Positions 47,302-57,510 of a DNA stretch of 64,000 bases are shown one piece after another; within the stretch, counting starts at the first letter, position 1; each line of letters starts with the position of its first letter. The DNA lies in assembly GCA_964356915.1 (NCBI GenBank), contig CAYHJF010000004.1:663-64662 (forward strand). The letters run 5' to 3'. The notes beneath the pieces were generated by a model. That model saw only the letters and a program-made list of their open reading frames with translations. It had not been told where the DNA came from and ran no database searches. Made by a program: the position numbers and the translations under genes. The stretch is from an uncultured Candidatus Saccharibacteria bacterium. GTDB taxonomy: Bacteria > Patescibacteriota > Minisyncoccia > Ryanbacterales > GWA2-47-10b.

Positions 47302-49017
47302 ATGAAAAAGCTACTCATTTTTATTGTTATTTTTCTCGTGGCTCTCGCCATCCTTGATAAAGCAATCAATCATCCTGACTCCGCAAATACTCCCGGAAAT
47401 GAAAATACTACTACCGGTAGCAATAATGGCAACGGGAAAGGCTCTACGACTCAGACCCCCTCCCCCGTCGTACCGATTGCCGTAGCAGTATTTACTGAAA
47501 ACCCTACACGTACAGGAATCGAAATCACGGGTAAGAATCTCGGCGCATCAAGCGCAAAGGGAAAGATAGAGATCAATCTATCTGATGGATCAAAGTTATC
47601 GTTCCAACTAGAAGATTCGGAAATTGTCGCTTGGAAAAACGATCATATCACTATCCTCGTAAACAAGATTGCGACCAAGGGCACTATTAAAGTTACGACT
47701 GATACCGCAACACTCGACGTCCCAATTCAAGAAGCATATCTCTACGACTGGCTCTCTATCCCGCGCACCGCAAATACAAACGCATCTCCATTGGCACTCG
47801 CATCGGATACAAAGGGTCGTGTCTGGATTAACCAAGAATTTCATAGAGCATTTCATGTCTGGGAACCATCAACTGGGCAAGTTCGACAAATACAAATTCC
47901 ACTACCGCCTGGCGATGGACCATACGCTACTGTTTACTTGGGAACCGATGCGCGCACTGGCATCAGCGTATACGGAGAAGATATAGCGATCGATCAAGAT
48001 GGGTACGTATGGTTTACCGAAGGAGGCGATCTCTATGGAGGTAAGTTCCCAAATCATAGTAGAATTGTCCGCTATGATCCAAACGGTCGCAACGGAAGTC
48101 AGTTCCGTTTCTATAATATTCCCGGTGATAACAATCTCGTAATCGGCATCGCATTTGATACAAAAAGAAATCGAGTCTGGTTTACCAGCGCTACTCACAA
48201 CAGTGAAGTCTATCTAGAAAATGGACAAACAAATCATATCACCGGTCTTGTTGGTTCTAAACTTACAAGCTTTGATCCCGAGCGCGTCCCCTACAACGAT
48301 GGCACATCAATCGACTACTCGAGTGCATCAAAAAATCTCATCTGTAAAAAAGATCAATCTGACGCCACCTGTTATCATGAGTATCCAATTCCTATCTTTA
48401 CTCCCGGATTTAATACGGGTGTACCTTCGCACATTGCTGTAGATACGAGCGGAAACGTCTGGTACGCGACATACTGGGGTAGTAGTTACATTGGTCGCCT
48501 TAATCCAAACAATGGCGCGTTTACACACTATCCATTGCCAAAACCGATAGCCACCCAACCACTCGTCTCAACGCTTGGGTCAGGCATCTGGTACTTAGGA
48601 ATAGATAAAAATAATAATATTGTCATCACTGAAACGCTCGATAGCACTATGACGCGCCTTCGCACCTCTAACCTCAACTCGTCATGTGAAAAACTTGATG
48701 CGAAAGGTAACAATCCCTGTATCGACGAACAGCCCGTTCCACATGCTAATCTCTCTAACCAGCTCCTCCACTCTCTCGCCTTTGATTCCAAGGGCAACAC
48801 GTGGTTTGCTCAAACATCTGAAAATCCGAATGACTTCAGTAAAGTAAATGCTCTTGGGTATGTTACTGCTGACTGGAAGCGCACGATTCTCCTCCCGCCA
48901 CTCACACTCTTTACTGGAACTACATTTACCGGCACCGGTATCACGATCGATAAAAATGGAACTATCTGGTTTGGAGAATATATCGGTCAACGCCTTGGCC
49001 GACTTCAGAAAAAATAA
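47302..49017 (+). CDS. secreted beta-propeller repeat protein (Vgb-lyase/NHL-like) with N-terminal Ig/TIG-like domain
   Basis: Start trimmed to MKKLLIFIV (ATG at 47302); signal peptide; T/G/N-rich linker; >=7 repeats of D.(K/S)G.(V/I)W(F/Y). Confidence 0.55.
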   Translation: MKKLLIFIVIFLVALAILDKAINHPDSANTPGNENTTTGSNNGNGKGSTTQTPSPVVPIAVAVFTENPTRTGIEITGKNLGASSAKGKIEINLSDGSKLSFQLEDSEIVAWKNDHITILVNKIATKGTIKVTTDTATLDVPIQEAYLYDWLSIPRTANTNASPLALASDTKGRVWINQEFHRAFHVWEPSTGQVRQIQIPLPPGDGPYATVYLGTDARTGISVYGEDIAIDQDGYVWFTEGGDLYGGKFPNHSRIVRYDPNGRNGSQFRFYNIPGDNNLVIGIAFDTKRNRVWFTSATHNSEVYLENGQTNHITGLVGSKLTSFDPERVPYNDGTSIDYSSASKNLICKKDQSDATCYHEYPIPIFTPGFNTGVPSHIAVDTSGNVWYATYWGSSYIGRLNPNNGAFTHYPLPKPIATQPLVSTLGSGIWYLGIDKNNNIVITETLDSTMTRLRTSNLNSSCEKLDAKGNNPCIDEQPVPHANLSNQLLHSLAFDSKGNTWFAQTSENPNDFSKVNALGYVTADWKRTILLPPLTLFTGTTFTGTGITIDKNGTIWFGEYIGQRLGRLQKK

Positions 49018-49029
49018 AAAAATCTAAAA

Positions 49030-49731
49030 CTAATCGCCAAGACGGTAGATCATATCTTTGCGCTCAACAACGATCTCCCATCCGCGTCGCTTGGCGGCGC
49101 GGTATAGCTTGGCATTTGGATTAAATGCGATTGGCCGCTCTACCATAGAAAGAAATGTAACATCAGACTCCGAGTCTCCGACACCAACTGAACCCTTGAG
49201 TGTCAGGTGCTCTCGCGCAAGCGCTCGACGTAAGATCAAATCCTTGCGATTAATCTCTTCTTCAAAGAGCACTTTACCGGTAAACCGAAAGCTTTCATCG
49301 ACTTCGTGAATGCGTCCGTAGACTTTATCAAAGCCAAGTTCTGTACAAAATGGCCCAACAATATCACGCGGTGACCACGAGATCGCAATGCAATAGTGAG
49401 TTTTTTTGAGTTTCGCTAACAGGTCACGCGTATAACGATACATTCTTTTTTTATGAAAACGCATGACATGCGTCGCCACTCGCTGGACATCAGCTTCGCG
49501 CACTCCCTTGATATAGCGCTGATACGCCTCTACTACTTTCCAAATATATTTATCGTATGAATCTTCGCGATTGAGCCACCGCCCAAATTGCTGCTCATAT
49601 ACTTTGGGTGCACTTTTTGGAAACACCCCTGCAGCAATCAATCCATCGACAAGCTCAATTAATAACGAGGATCGAAAAAGCGTACCATCGACATCGAAGA
49701 CGGCAAGTTTATTTTTATGGCGCGCAGGCAT
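49030..49731 (-). CDS. HAD-superfamily hydrolase, subfamily IB-like
   Basis: Motif I FDVDGTL, motif IV GDSESD. Start at MPARHKNKLAVF. Confidence 0.7.
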   Translation of the reverse strand: MPARHKNKLAVFDVDGTLFRSSLLIELVDGLIAAGVFPKSAPKVYEQQFGRWLNREDSYDKYIWKVVEAYQRYIKGVREADVQRVATHVMRFHKKRMYRYTRDLLAKLKKTHYCIAISWSPRDIVGPFCTELGFDKVYGRIHEVDESFRFTGKVLFEEEINRKDLILRRALAREHLTLKGSVGVGDSESDVTFLSMVERPIAFNPNAKLYRAAKRRGWEIVVERKDMIYRLGD

Positions 49732-49732
49732 A

Positions 49733-50845
49733 TCACTTTTCCGCTTTATCATCGGCAGCGTCTAGAAGCGCCAACTCGATTGGAAGCTCTTGGAGCATCC
49801 CTCGGTATCCCGACTGAAATGCCTCAATAAGTTTTGTAAGTAAATATAAAACGTGCTTTTTATCAGCAGTTTTGTGACTTTCAAAAAATGCTGCGTGCAC
49901 ATCAGAAAATTCTTTTTTGATGCGATCTATTTCACGTGGATCGAGAAGTGAGAGAAAAAGAATCTTTGTTTCATTGATTAATAACCGCCCAAGCATCTTG
50001 GCATCGATTCCCTTCTCGGCGATTTGTTTCATGGAATCAAGAATACCCTTGGGATCACGCCCAAGTGCTCGATCGATAAGTGTATGGATGATTTCAATTT
50101 GAGGTAATCCAAAAAGTTGTTCGAGTGAATCTTTGTCAGCACCTGATGGAAATGCATCCATAAGCTGCCCAAGCATTGATTCGCCGTCGCGGATAGAACC
50201 ATCTGCAAGAAAAGCCAGAAGACCAAGCGCGTCATCTGCGAGCTTATACTTTTCAGCCTTTAAAAGCGTATGTAAGCGTTCATGAAGCTTCTCTCCCGAT
50301 ACTCGACGAAACTCAAAGTGCTGAACGCGTGATTTTATCGTATCAGGGACTTTTTCTGGTTCAGTGGTAGCTAAAATAAACATCGCATGCTCCGGTGGCT
50401 CTTCAAGTGTTTTCAACAACGCATTGAATGCTTCTTTGGTAAGCATGTGAACTTCATCGATAATATATACTTTGCGTTTTGCTGATCCTGGAGTAAATCG
50501 CACTGAATCGCGAAGCTCGCGAATTTCATCAATACCTCGATTGGATGCCGCATCAATCTCTATTAAATCTAAGGCGCGGCCAGCAGAAAATTCTTTACAC
50601 ATCGTACATGTATTGCACGGCTCGCCATCTTTGCCTCGTTTCTCGCAGTTGTATGCCTTAGCCAAGAGTCGCGCGAGTGTTGTCTTGCCCGTACCACGCG
50701 TACCCGAAAACAAATATCCATGCGCGACGCGACCAAGCGTAAGCGCATTTTTCAAAACTGTCACCACGTGATCCTGCCCTACTACTTCGGAAAATAAGCT
50801 CGGGCGATATTTGCGATAGAGTACAACGGCTTCAGGCTTCTGCAT
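49733..50845 (-). CDS. dnaX: DNA polymerase III subunit gamma/tau
   Basis: YRPSLFSEVVGQDHV, Walker A GTRGTGKTT, zinc module CNTCTMC, Walker B IIDEVHML. Confidence 0.9.
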   Translation of the reverse strand: MQKPEAVVLYRKYRPSLFSEVVGQDHVVTVLKNALTLGRVAHGYLFSGTRGTGKTTLARLLAKAYNCEKRGKDGEPCNTCTMCKEFSAGRALDLIEIDAASNRGIDEIRELRDSVRFTPGSAKRKVYIIDEVHMLTKEAFNALLKTLEEPPEHAMFILATTEPEKVPDTIKSRVQHFEFRRVSGEKLHERLHTLLKAEKYKLADDALGLLAFLADGSIRDGESMLGQLMDAFPSGADKDSLEQLFGLPQIEIIHTLIDRALGRDPKGILDSMKQIAEKGIDAKMLGRLLINETKILFLSLLDPREIDRIKKEFSDVHAAFFESHKTADKKHVLYLLTKLIEAFQSGYRGMLQELPIELALLDAADDKAEK

Positions 50846-50902
50846 GGCGCTATCGTAGCAGAAAAATTAAACCCAGAAAATATGTATAAATCCCTCAAGT
50901 CA

Positions 50903-51805
50903 TCACCATCCACCACTCGCCCCTCCGCCACCAGAACGCCCTCCGCCAAAACCACCAAATCCTCCGCCGCCAGAACTCCTCCGACCAAGCCCAGAACCAC
51001 CAGCCCACCAGCGAGGTCTCTTGCCCAACACTACACTTTGTTGATATTCACGAGATACAAGAAAATCAAAGAGAAGTCCAAAGACTGTCAAAACACTCAT
51101 CGCTACAATCCCCGCATAAACGAAACCGGATATAAAACCAATCAAAGACCCTATAACACCTCCTATAATACCTCCTGCCCACCATGATTTTGAGCGCGCG
51201 AGAACACTGATAACCCACACAAATAAAACCAAGGCTAACGGGGAAAAATCAAAATGAACTTTCATTGTGGAATCCTGCAAAGATGCGGGCGGCTCTCCTA
51301 CATCAGCATCAATTGCCTTTTGTATCTCTTGCGTTACCTCACGTATACCTCGCGCATATTCATTATTTTGAAAAGCGGGCTTGGCAACACGCTCTATAAT
51401 CCAATAGCTTTCTGCATCCGTCAGGACTGGCTCAAGTCCATACCCAACTTCGATACGCATCTTATGATCATCGAGCGCGACAAGAAAAAGTACCCCATTA
51501 TCTTTACCCTCTTTACCGATACCCCACTCGGCAAATAATTTTTCAGAAAAATTTTCTACTGTATCACCATCAAGACTTTTGATAACAGCAACTGCAATTT
51601 CATTGCCAGTCTTTTTTTCATACTCTGAGAGCTGACTCTCAAGCTCCCCGCGCTCTGTCTCTGACATGACAGCTGCATAATCATTAACATATCCGGATGG
51701 CGCACCAGGAGTTACATATGCAGATACTGTTATAGGGGCAAGCAACACGAAGACAACGCCAGCAACAAAGAACTTGCGCCACATAGTACAAATAAGAGAA
51801 CGCAT
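50903..51805 (-). CDS. TPM-domain protein with Gly-rich C-terminal tail
   Basis: Signal peptide; YVNDYAAVMSETERGELE...GVLFLVALDDHKMRIEVGYGLE (TPM fold); TM; tail GGGFGGFGGGRSGGGGASGG. Confidence 0.7.
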   Translation of the reverse strand: MRSLICTMWRKFFVAGVVFVLLAPITVSAYVTPGAPSGYVNDYAAVMSETERGELESQLSEYEKKTGNEIAVAVIKSLDGDTVENFSEKLFAEWGIGKEGKDNGVLFLVALDDHKMRIEVGYGLEPVLTDAESYWIIERVAKPAFQNNEYARGIREVTQEIQKAIDADVGEPPASLQDSTMKVHFDFSPLALVLFVWVISVLARSKSWWAGGIIGGVIGSLIGFISGFVYAGIVAMSVLTVFGLLFDFLVSREYQQSVVLGKRPRWWAGGSGLGRRSSGGGGFGGFGGGRSGGGGASGGW

Positions 51806-52359
51806 TAGAACGTAACTTTTGGTGCGTTTTCCGCGCCTGATGCAGCATCAAAATACGCTCGTTCTGAAAACCCAAACTTACTCGCGATTATATTACCTGG
51901 AAAACGTTTAACGGAAGTATTGAGATCTCGTACCATATCATTAAATCGTCCCCGCTCAACGCCGATACGATTCTCTGTTCCTTCAAGCTGAACCATGAGT
52001 GTTTGAACATTTTCTGATGAACGCAATTGAGGATAGTTTTCTACAATAACGAGCAACCTGCCAAGAGAAGATTCAACTTGAGTTGCTGCTGCTGCTTTCT
52101 CATCAACCGTCTTTGCACCGGCATACTTTGTACGAGCATCTGCAAGCGCACCAAAGACCGACTGCTCTTGCTGCATAACACCTTTTACAGACTCGACAAG
52201 ATTTGGGATCAAATCAAGCCTTCTTTGGTATTGAGTTTCAACCTGTGCCCACTGGCTATCAATTTTTTCCTCTAAACTCACAAACTTATTGTATGTAGTA
52301 AATAAATATCCGCCCAGAAGCACGACGACAGCTACGACACCAAGAAGAATTTTTTTCAT
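51805..52359 (-). CDS. LemA family protein
   Basis: N-terminal TM; core WAQVETQYQRRLDLIPNLVESVKG...IVENYPQLRSSEN. Confidence 0.8.
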   Translation of the reverse strand: MKKILLGVVAVVVLLGGYLFTTYNKFVSLEEKIDSQWAQVETQYQRRLDLIPNLVESVKGVMQQEQSVFGALADARTKYAGAKTVDEKAAAATQVESSLGRLLVIVENYPQLRSSENVQTLMVQLEGTENRIGVERGRFNDMVRDLNTSVKRFPGNIIASKFGFSERAYFDAASGAENAPKVTF

Positions 52360-52401
52360 AGATATAACAATTATATAATTACGCGACTAAATAATTTTTT
52401 T

Positions 52402-53010
52402 CTATCCAAAAACAATAAATTTATACCCAAAGAAATTCCAAACCAGGGAAACGATAGTAGCAAAAATCTTAGAGATCGTAACCAGTCGATCTGCATTTAA
52501 GCCCGCGTTACCTGCAAGTAACTGAATAACGACAAGCGCGACTCCGGTATTAATACCGAGTCCGATAAGTGTCACGACCACAAATATAAGAAATTCTTTA
52601 CTCGTAGGAGGCGCTTTCTCAGCAAATGTCCATACTCGCTGCCAAAAATAACTATTTATTAATGCTACTACTGTCGCGCCAAGCAAGACCAGTATCATAG
52701 TTCTACTTTCAGGATCGATATCGTAGGCACGACGCAATGATGTTGCGATACCCGTATCAACAGAAAAATTCATGAGACCAACAATTCCAAACCGACCAAG
52801 CTGTTTTAAAAACAGCATGTGTGAGAATAATTTTGAGGCGATGACGTAACCTATATACTCAGCTGCAGGGAAAATTATAAAAAGCGTCCACAGTGGGATC
52901 ACCATACCAGAAATCACAATCAGCGTCTGAGTATTAATCAAAAGTAATCGCACAAAAAATGCCGTAATGAGACCGACGACTGCAGCGTAAAGATAATCTT
53001 TTTTAAACAT
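52402..53010 (-). CDS. GtrA-family membrane protein
   Basis: GRFGIVGLMNFSVDTGI and the INSYFWQRVWTF motif; 4-5 TM. Confidence 0.55.
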   Translation of the reverse strand: MFKKDYLYAAVVGLITAFFVRLLLINTQTLIVISGMVIPLWTLFIIFPAAEYIGYVIASKLFSHMLFLKQLGRFGIVGLMNFSVDTGIATSLRRAYDIDPESRTMILVLLGATVVALINSYFWQRVWTFAEKAPPTSKEFLIFVVVTLIGLGINTGVALVVIQLLAGNAGLNADRLVTISKIFATIVSLVWNFFGYKFIVFG

Positions 53011-53016
53011 ATATTA

Positions 53017-55485
53017 TTAGGTTGCCGTCCCTGATGTAACTGGGGAGGCGGGGACATTAAGCTTCTGGTATCGTGCGCGCACCTCTGCTTCAACTTCTTC
53101 GCGCGCCCTACCATACGTGCGCCGAGAGTACTCAACCACCATCTCTCGAATATGCTCGCTACCTTCTTTAGGAGCATAGGTTTTAAGACTGAACGGTCGA
53201 GAGGGCTGACCCTGTATTAATAGCTTACCATAGGCATTGTGGTTCTCAATATTAGAAAGATCGCGCGCACTAAACACCGGACTAAATTGTTTCTCCATAA
53301 ATTCTCCGTCTTCTGTACCAATACGAAATGAAAGGATCGATCCTACGTTACCAAATACCGCTTTTTTAATATCATCTGTAAGCTGTCCTAAAAACTGATG
53401 TGCAACAATTAAATTCAACCGATATTTGCGAGCTTCTGACAAAATCGTCGCGATAGAATTAGTTGTCACATTTTGGAATTCATCGATATATAAATAAAAG
53501 TTTTTGCGCTCAGATTCCGGCATATCCGTACGCGAGAGTGAGGCCATCAAAATCTTTCCTATAATCACAAGTCCTAAAAGATACGAGTTTAATTCTCCAA
53601 GTCGCCCCTTGGATAGATTCACTAAAAGAATTTTTTGCGTATCCATGATTTCACGAAAATTGAGTGCGCTTTTTTGCTGAGCAATAATTGGACGCATAAT
53701 TTCGTTTCCCGTAAACGTATCTGTTTTTGATGTGATATAGGGAACCATATTGGCAAGACTTGCCTCCCCTCCTGTCTTCTCCGCAATTTTACGCCAGAAA
53801 AGTTCAACGACTGGATTTGAACAGCGTGAAAGTTTCATATCACGAAATTCTTTATCCGCCATAACACGCCCTACTTCCATAAGTGTTGCGCCACTCGTCG
53901 GGTCTTCCATGACCAACATGGTGGCATTGCGAAAATATTGCTGGAACATAGGGCCGAGGGCCTCAGGCACATCACCATATAGTTTTTCAAAAATCGAAAG
54001 AAGTTCGTTTACAATAAATGTTTTTTGTTCTGGAAACCGCGGATCGTATTCAAGAAAGTTTAGTCCCATCGGGCGCTCTACGTCTCCTGGATTAAAGTAA
54101 ATCACATCTTTCATGCGATGTTCTGGGATTACCTCCAGCAAGGACTCAACATCCTGACCGTGCGGATCCATAAAACATACTCCGTGCCCAGCCTCAATAT
54201 CCTGACGCGCCATTTCGCGTAAGAGTGCGGATTTACCTGTACCAGTCTGCCCGATAACATACGTGTGACGTTGACGATCGGACGATGACATAAAAATTTC
54301 TTTTTTTGCACCACGGAAAAGATTATAACCAAGCCGCAAACCAGACTCAGGCAACACGGGTGGTGGTGGTGCTTCACGAGCTGTCAGATACATAACGTTG
54401 GGTGCATGAAATCCGGCGTATGGAAAATGAAACATGCCCGCAAGCTCGGTTGATGAGAGATATAAGGAGCGCGCACGATCAAAAAGCCGAAATGAAAAGT
54501 CATAGAGCATTTCTTCGAGCGCTTTGCCGCCGAGCCGCTCAAATTTGAACGCATTGCCTTGCGGATGAGCAAACTGGGCAAATGCCGCCTCAAGCCCCTG
54601 TAAAATTTCAAACGTTTCTTCGGCTGTCGACGATGAGGCAACTAATCGAATATTTACATCAAGCGCACGACTCCCTGCCTTTGATTCAATCTCTTTTGCA
54701 ATTTCCTCATCAGGACTTTTGTGATCCTTTGTATCCTGTTGTGATTTTTGTTCTTTAACAACATGTTTGATCTTAATATCTCCGCGTGCATTACCAAGAG
54801 CCTCTTTCACCGATGAACCCGCGCGGATCTTTTGTGCTACTTCTTTGCCCATCTGATAATGAACGTCTCGAGCAGGACGAACAACAAATTGAATTGCCGC
54901 ACCGTCACCCATGTGTTTAAGTTTTGAAAACGCCCCTACCATAACCGCAAGCGGATCTTCGCCCAAATCTTTATAGGTACGCAGTGGAATCGTCGCGTCT
55001 TTTGTAAGATGCGCGACTGATCCTGCGCTCACACCAGTTGGATGAAATAGATTGTAATCTTCTACATGATCAATCTTTGCGGATGGAAAAAAGGAATGCA
55101 TTTGGTTTGCAAAAAAAGTCGCAGCAACTTGAGGTACTGCAGCATAAAAAATAACCTCTTGCCCGACATGAGGTAACGCGAGCTCGAAAGAAACAGACGG
55201 CGAGCCAAATCGAATGTCATGCCATCGCGAAGGGCGCAGCGCCTCAAGAGCTGAGACGAGCTGTTCCATCGCAACCATAATATCTTTAGGCTCTTTTTGA
55301 CGCGCCTCGCCTGACATAGGAATCTCATCTTGAGGAATCAATATTCGATAGAGCACAGTTTCAAGAGAACCCTCTATCTCAAAACGTTCGCGTGGACGCC
55401 ATACAAATATATAAAAAGCTGCCGCACCAAAAGCGGTCAGTCCTGCAAGTACGAATGAGAAAGTTAAAAGAAAATCAGCCATCAA
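53017..55485 (-). CDS. membrane-anchored VirD4/TraG-like (T4SS coupling-protein family) P-loop ATPase
   Basis: N-terminal TM; Walker A IGQTGTGKSAL; Walker B and TraG-type tail YLYIDEFQNV...ARKYRLNLIVAHQFLGQL. Confidence 0.55.
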   Translation of the reverse strand: MMADFLLTFSFVLAGLTAFGAAAFYIFVWRPRERFEIEGSLETVLYRILIPQDEIPMSGEARQKEPKDIMVAMEQLVSALEALRPSRWHDIRFGSPSVSFELALPHVGQEVIFYAAVPQVAATFFANQMHSFFPSAKIDHVEDYNLFHPTGVSAGSVAHLTKDATIPLRTYKDLGEDPLAVMVGAFSKLKHMGDGAAIQFVVRPARDVHYQMGKEVAQKIRAGSSVKEALGNARGDIKIKHVVKEQKSQQDTKDHKSPDEEIAKEIESKAGSRALDVNIRLVASSSTAEETFEILQGLEAAFAQFAHPQGNAFKFERLGGKALEEMLYDFSFRLFDRARSLYLSSTELAGMFHFPYAGFHAPNVMYLTAREAPPPPVLPESGLRLGYNLFRGAKKEIFMSSSDRQRHTYVIGQTGTGKSALLREMARQDIEAGHGVCFMDPHGQDVESLLEVIPEHRMKDVIYFNPGDVERPMGLNFLEYDPRFPEQKTFIVNELLSIFEKLYGDVPEALGPMFQQYFRNATMLVMEDPTSGATLMEVGRVMADKEFRDMKLSRCSNPVVELFWRKIAEKTGGEASLANMVPYITSKTDTFTGNEIMRPIIAQQKSALNFREIMDTQKILLVNLSKGRLGELNSYLLGLVIIGKILMASLSRTDMPESERKNFYLYIDEFQNVTTNSIATILSEARKYRLNLIVAHQFLGQLTDDIKKAVFGNVGSILSFRIGTEDGEFMEKQFSPVFSARDLSNIENHNAYGKLLIQGQPSRPFSLKTYAPKEGSEHIREMVVEYSRRTYGRAREEVEAEVRARYQKLNVPASPVTSGTAT

Positions 55486-55862
55486 TCAATATGACCCTGC
55501 TCACGAAGTCGCTCAAGCAATCGCCCCGCAAGGGCATCGTGCAATTCATCTACCATATGAGGGTTATGAATTTTGCGTACCGCCCGCACCGCAGCAATAG
55601 GGCCTTCACGTAGTGCAAGTTCAACATAGGGAGCAATCTGTTCTTCTGTTGATATTTGAGTACCATGCACGACGGCCGACTCTAGCGCTTCTCCAGGCAT
55701 TTTTTCAAGCTCTTCCATCTCCTCAGACGTATGTTGTTTGATGACTTCTTTAACAATCTCATGCCCACCTCGTTCGGCAAGCTCGGTTTTACGATCCAAT
55801 ATACGCTGTTCGAGATATGCGATCTCTTCTTCAGGCGAATTAAATTTTGGCCCTTCGGTCAT
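55482..55862 (-). CDS. hypothetical protein (4-nt overlap with the ATPase gene, likely co-transcribed)
   Basis: 126 aa, acidic and helical. Confidence 0.4.
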   Translation of the reverse strand: MTEGPKFNSPEEEIAYLEQRILDRKTELAERGGHEIVKEVIKQHTSEEMEELEKMPGEALESAVVHGTQISTEEQIAPYVELALREGPIAAVRAVRKIHNPHMVDELHDALAGRLLERLREQGHID

Positions 55863-55916
55863 GTAATCCAGTATACCATAGATCGCAAAACCGTAGATTT
55901 CTATTATAATAATCTT

Positions 55917-57506
55917 ATGAACCGCAAAACTCGCATCGCCCTTCTTTTACTCATACTCGTCATCGGCGCAGCATTTCGCCTCCTCGACCTTCATACGATT
56001 CCGCCAGGACTCTTCCCTGACGAAGCAATGAATGGAAATAATCTCCATGAAGCACTTGGCACCGGCGATTTCAAAGTATTTTATAAAGAGAATAACGGAC
56101 GCGAGGGATTCTTTATCAATCTTCAATCTCTCTCTGTTCTCGCATTTGGACATACGGCCTTCGCGTTACGCTTTGCATCAGCACTCTTTGGTATCGCTAC
56201 AATATTGGCGCTCTATCTTTTTAGTCGAGCATATTTTCGAAACGATCGGATCGCCCTCCTCGCAGCATTTTTCATTGCGACCGGATTTTGGCACATCATG
56301 TTTTCTCGTATTGGATTTCGTGCGATCATGGCACCATTTTTTCTCACTGCCGGACTCTGGGGTATCTATCGCGCGTACGATCTCCGTCATGACACCAAAC
56401 ACTGGCGACCACTCGCGATTAGTGCGCTTGGTGGTATTTTATTTGGTCTTGGGTTTCATTCGTATATTGCATATCGCGCGGCACCCATCCTCCTCCTTCC
56501 AATTTTTTGGTTATTTGTTAAAGAAGCGCGCACTCACCGTAATGCATGCATCGTCTGTGTCCCCGCCATATTTGTACTCATGGCACTTCTTACAACCATT
56601 CCCCTCCTTCTTTACTTTACCGAATATCCTCAAGACTTCTTTGGTCGCACATCTCAAATCTCCATCTTCTCATCTCCAAATCCTCTCGCCGCACTCGCAA
56701 CAAACATTGTAAAAACAATCGGTATGTTTTACGTCGCAGGCGACTTTAACTGGCGCCACAACTATGCCGGGCATCCAACACTCTGGTGGCCACTCGCCAT
56801 CTTCTTCACAATTGGCATCGCTGAATCAATTCGAAAACGGTACGCTCTCATTCTTATGTGGATGTTTGTCATGATGCTCCCTGTACTGATTTCATCTGAA
56901 GGAATCCCCCACGCTCTTCGCGCGATCATTCTCATCCCACCAACATTCATTCTTGTAGCTGTGGGCTTTGATCTTGTCTGGCAAGCAATACTTGCGTGGC
57001 TCAAAAAAGCAGAGGTTACTCACTCGGAAGCCTCAAGCATCATCAAACGAATTCGCGCGTGGACATCCGTTCTCGCCATCGTTTTTCTTGGCACATCCAT
57101 GGCCTATACATTTAATCTATATTTCCAAAAATGGGCTGTCCGCCCACACGTAGCAGATGCATTTGAAAAAGATCTCTACACAACAGGCGTTCTCATCGCT
57201 CGCCAACCAGATTCACTCCCAAAGTATGTCATCGTGAGCGAAGTAGATTCTATCGACATCTCTGGTCGTCCCATGGCGCTCCAACCAATCTTATTTGCCA
57301 CACGAACATATCGACCCGACCCACCTGGCGCACATGGAGTGTGGTATCTCACTGCCCAAGAGCTTGATCGAGTTATCTGTAATCCCGACTGTATGATTTT
57401 CCCACTTTCAAACTTTCATAAAATTGGAGACAAGCTCAAAGAGCGTATTCCAAACTTAAAAGCAAAGTCTGAGGATGGCATTCTCTTCTTTGCGCCCCAA
57501 CAATAA
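55917..57506 (+). CDS. GT-C fold glycosyltransferase, ArnT/PMT (GT39/GT83)-like
   Basis: Start trimmed to MNRKTRIA; DE motif in loop 1 (PGLFPDEAMNG) and ~11 TM helices. Confidence 0.65.
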   Translation: MNRKTRIALLLLILVIGAAFRLLDLHTIPPGLFPDEAMNGNNLHEALGTGDFKVFYKENNGREGFFINLQSLSVLAFGHTAFALRFASALFGIATILALYLFSRAYFRNDRIALLAAFFIATGFWHIMFSRIGFRAIMAPFFLTAGLWGIYRAYDLRHDTKHWRPLAISALGGILFGLGFHSYIAYRAAPILLLPIFWLFVKEARTHRNACIVCVPAIFVLMALLTTIPLLLYFTEYPQDFFGRTSQISIFSSPNPLAALATNIVKTIGMFYVAGDFNWRHNYAGHPTLWWPLAIFFTIGIAESIRKRYALILMWMFVMMLPVLISSEGIPHALRAIILIPPTFILVAVGFDLVWQAILAWLKKAEVTHSEASSIIKRIRAWTSVLAIVFLGTSMAYTFNLYFQKWAVRPHVADAFEKDLYTTGVLIARQPDSLPKYVIVSEVDSIDISGRPMALQPILFATRTYRPDPPGAHGVWYLTAQELDRVICNPDCMIFPLSNFHKIGDKLKERIPNLKAKSEDGILFFAPQQ

Positions 57507-57510
57507 ACTA

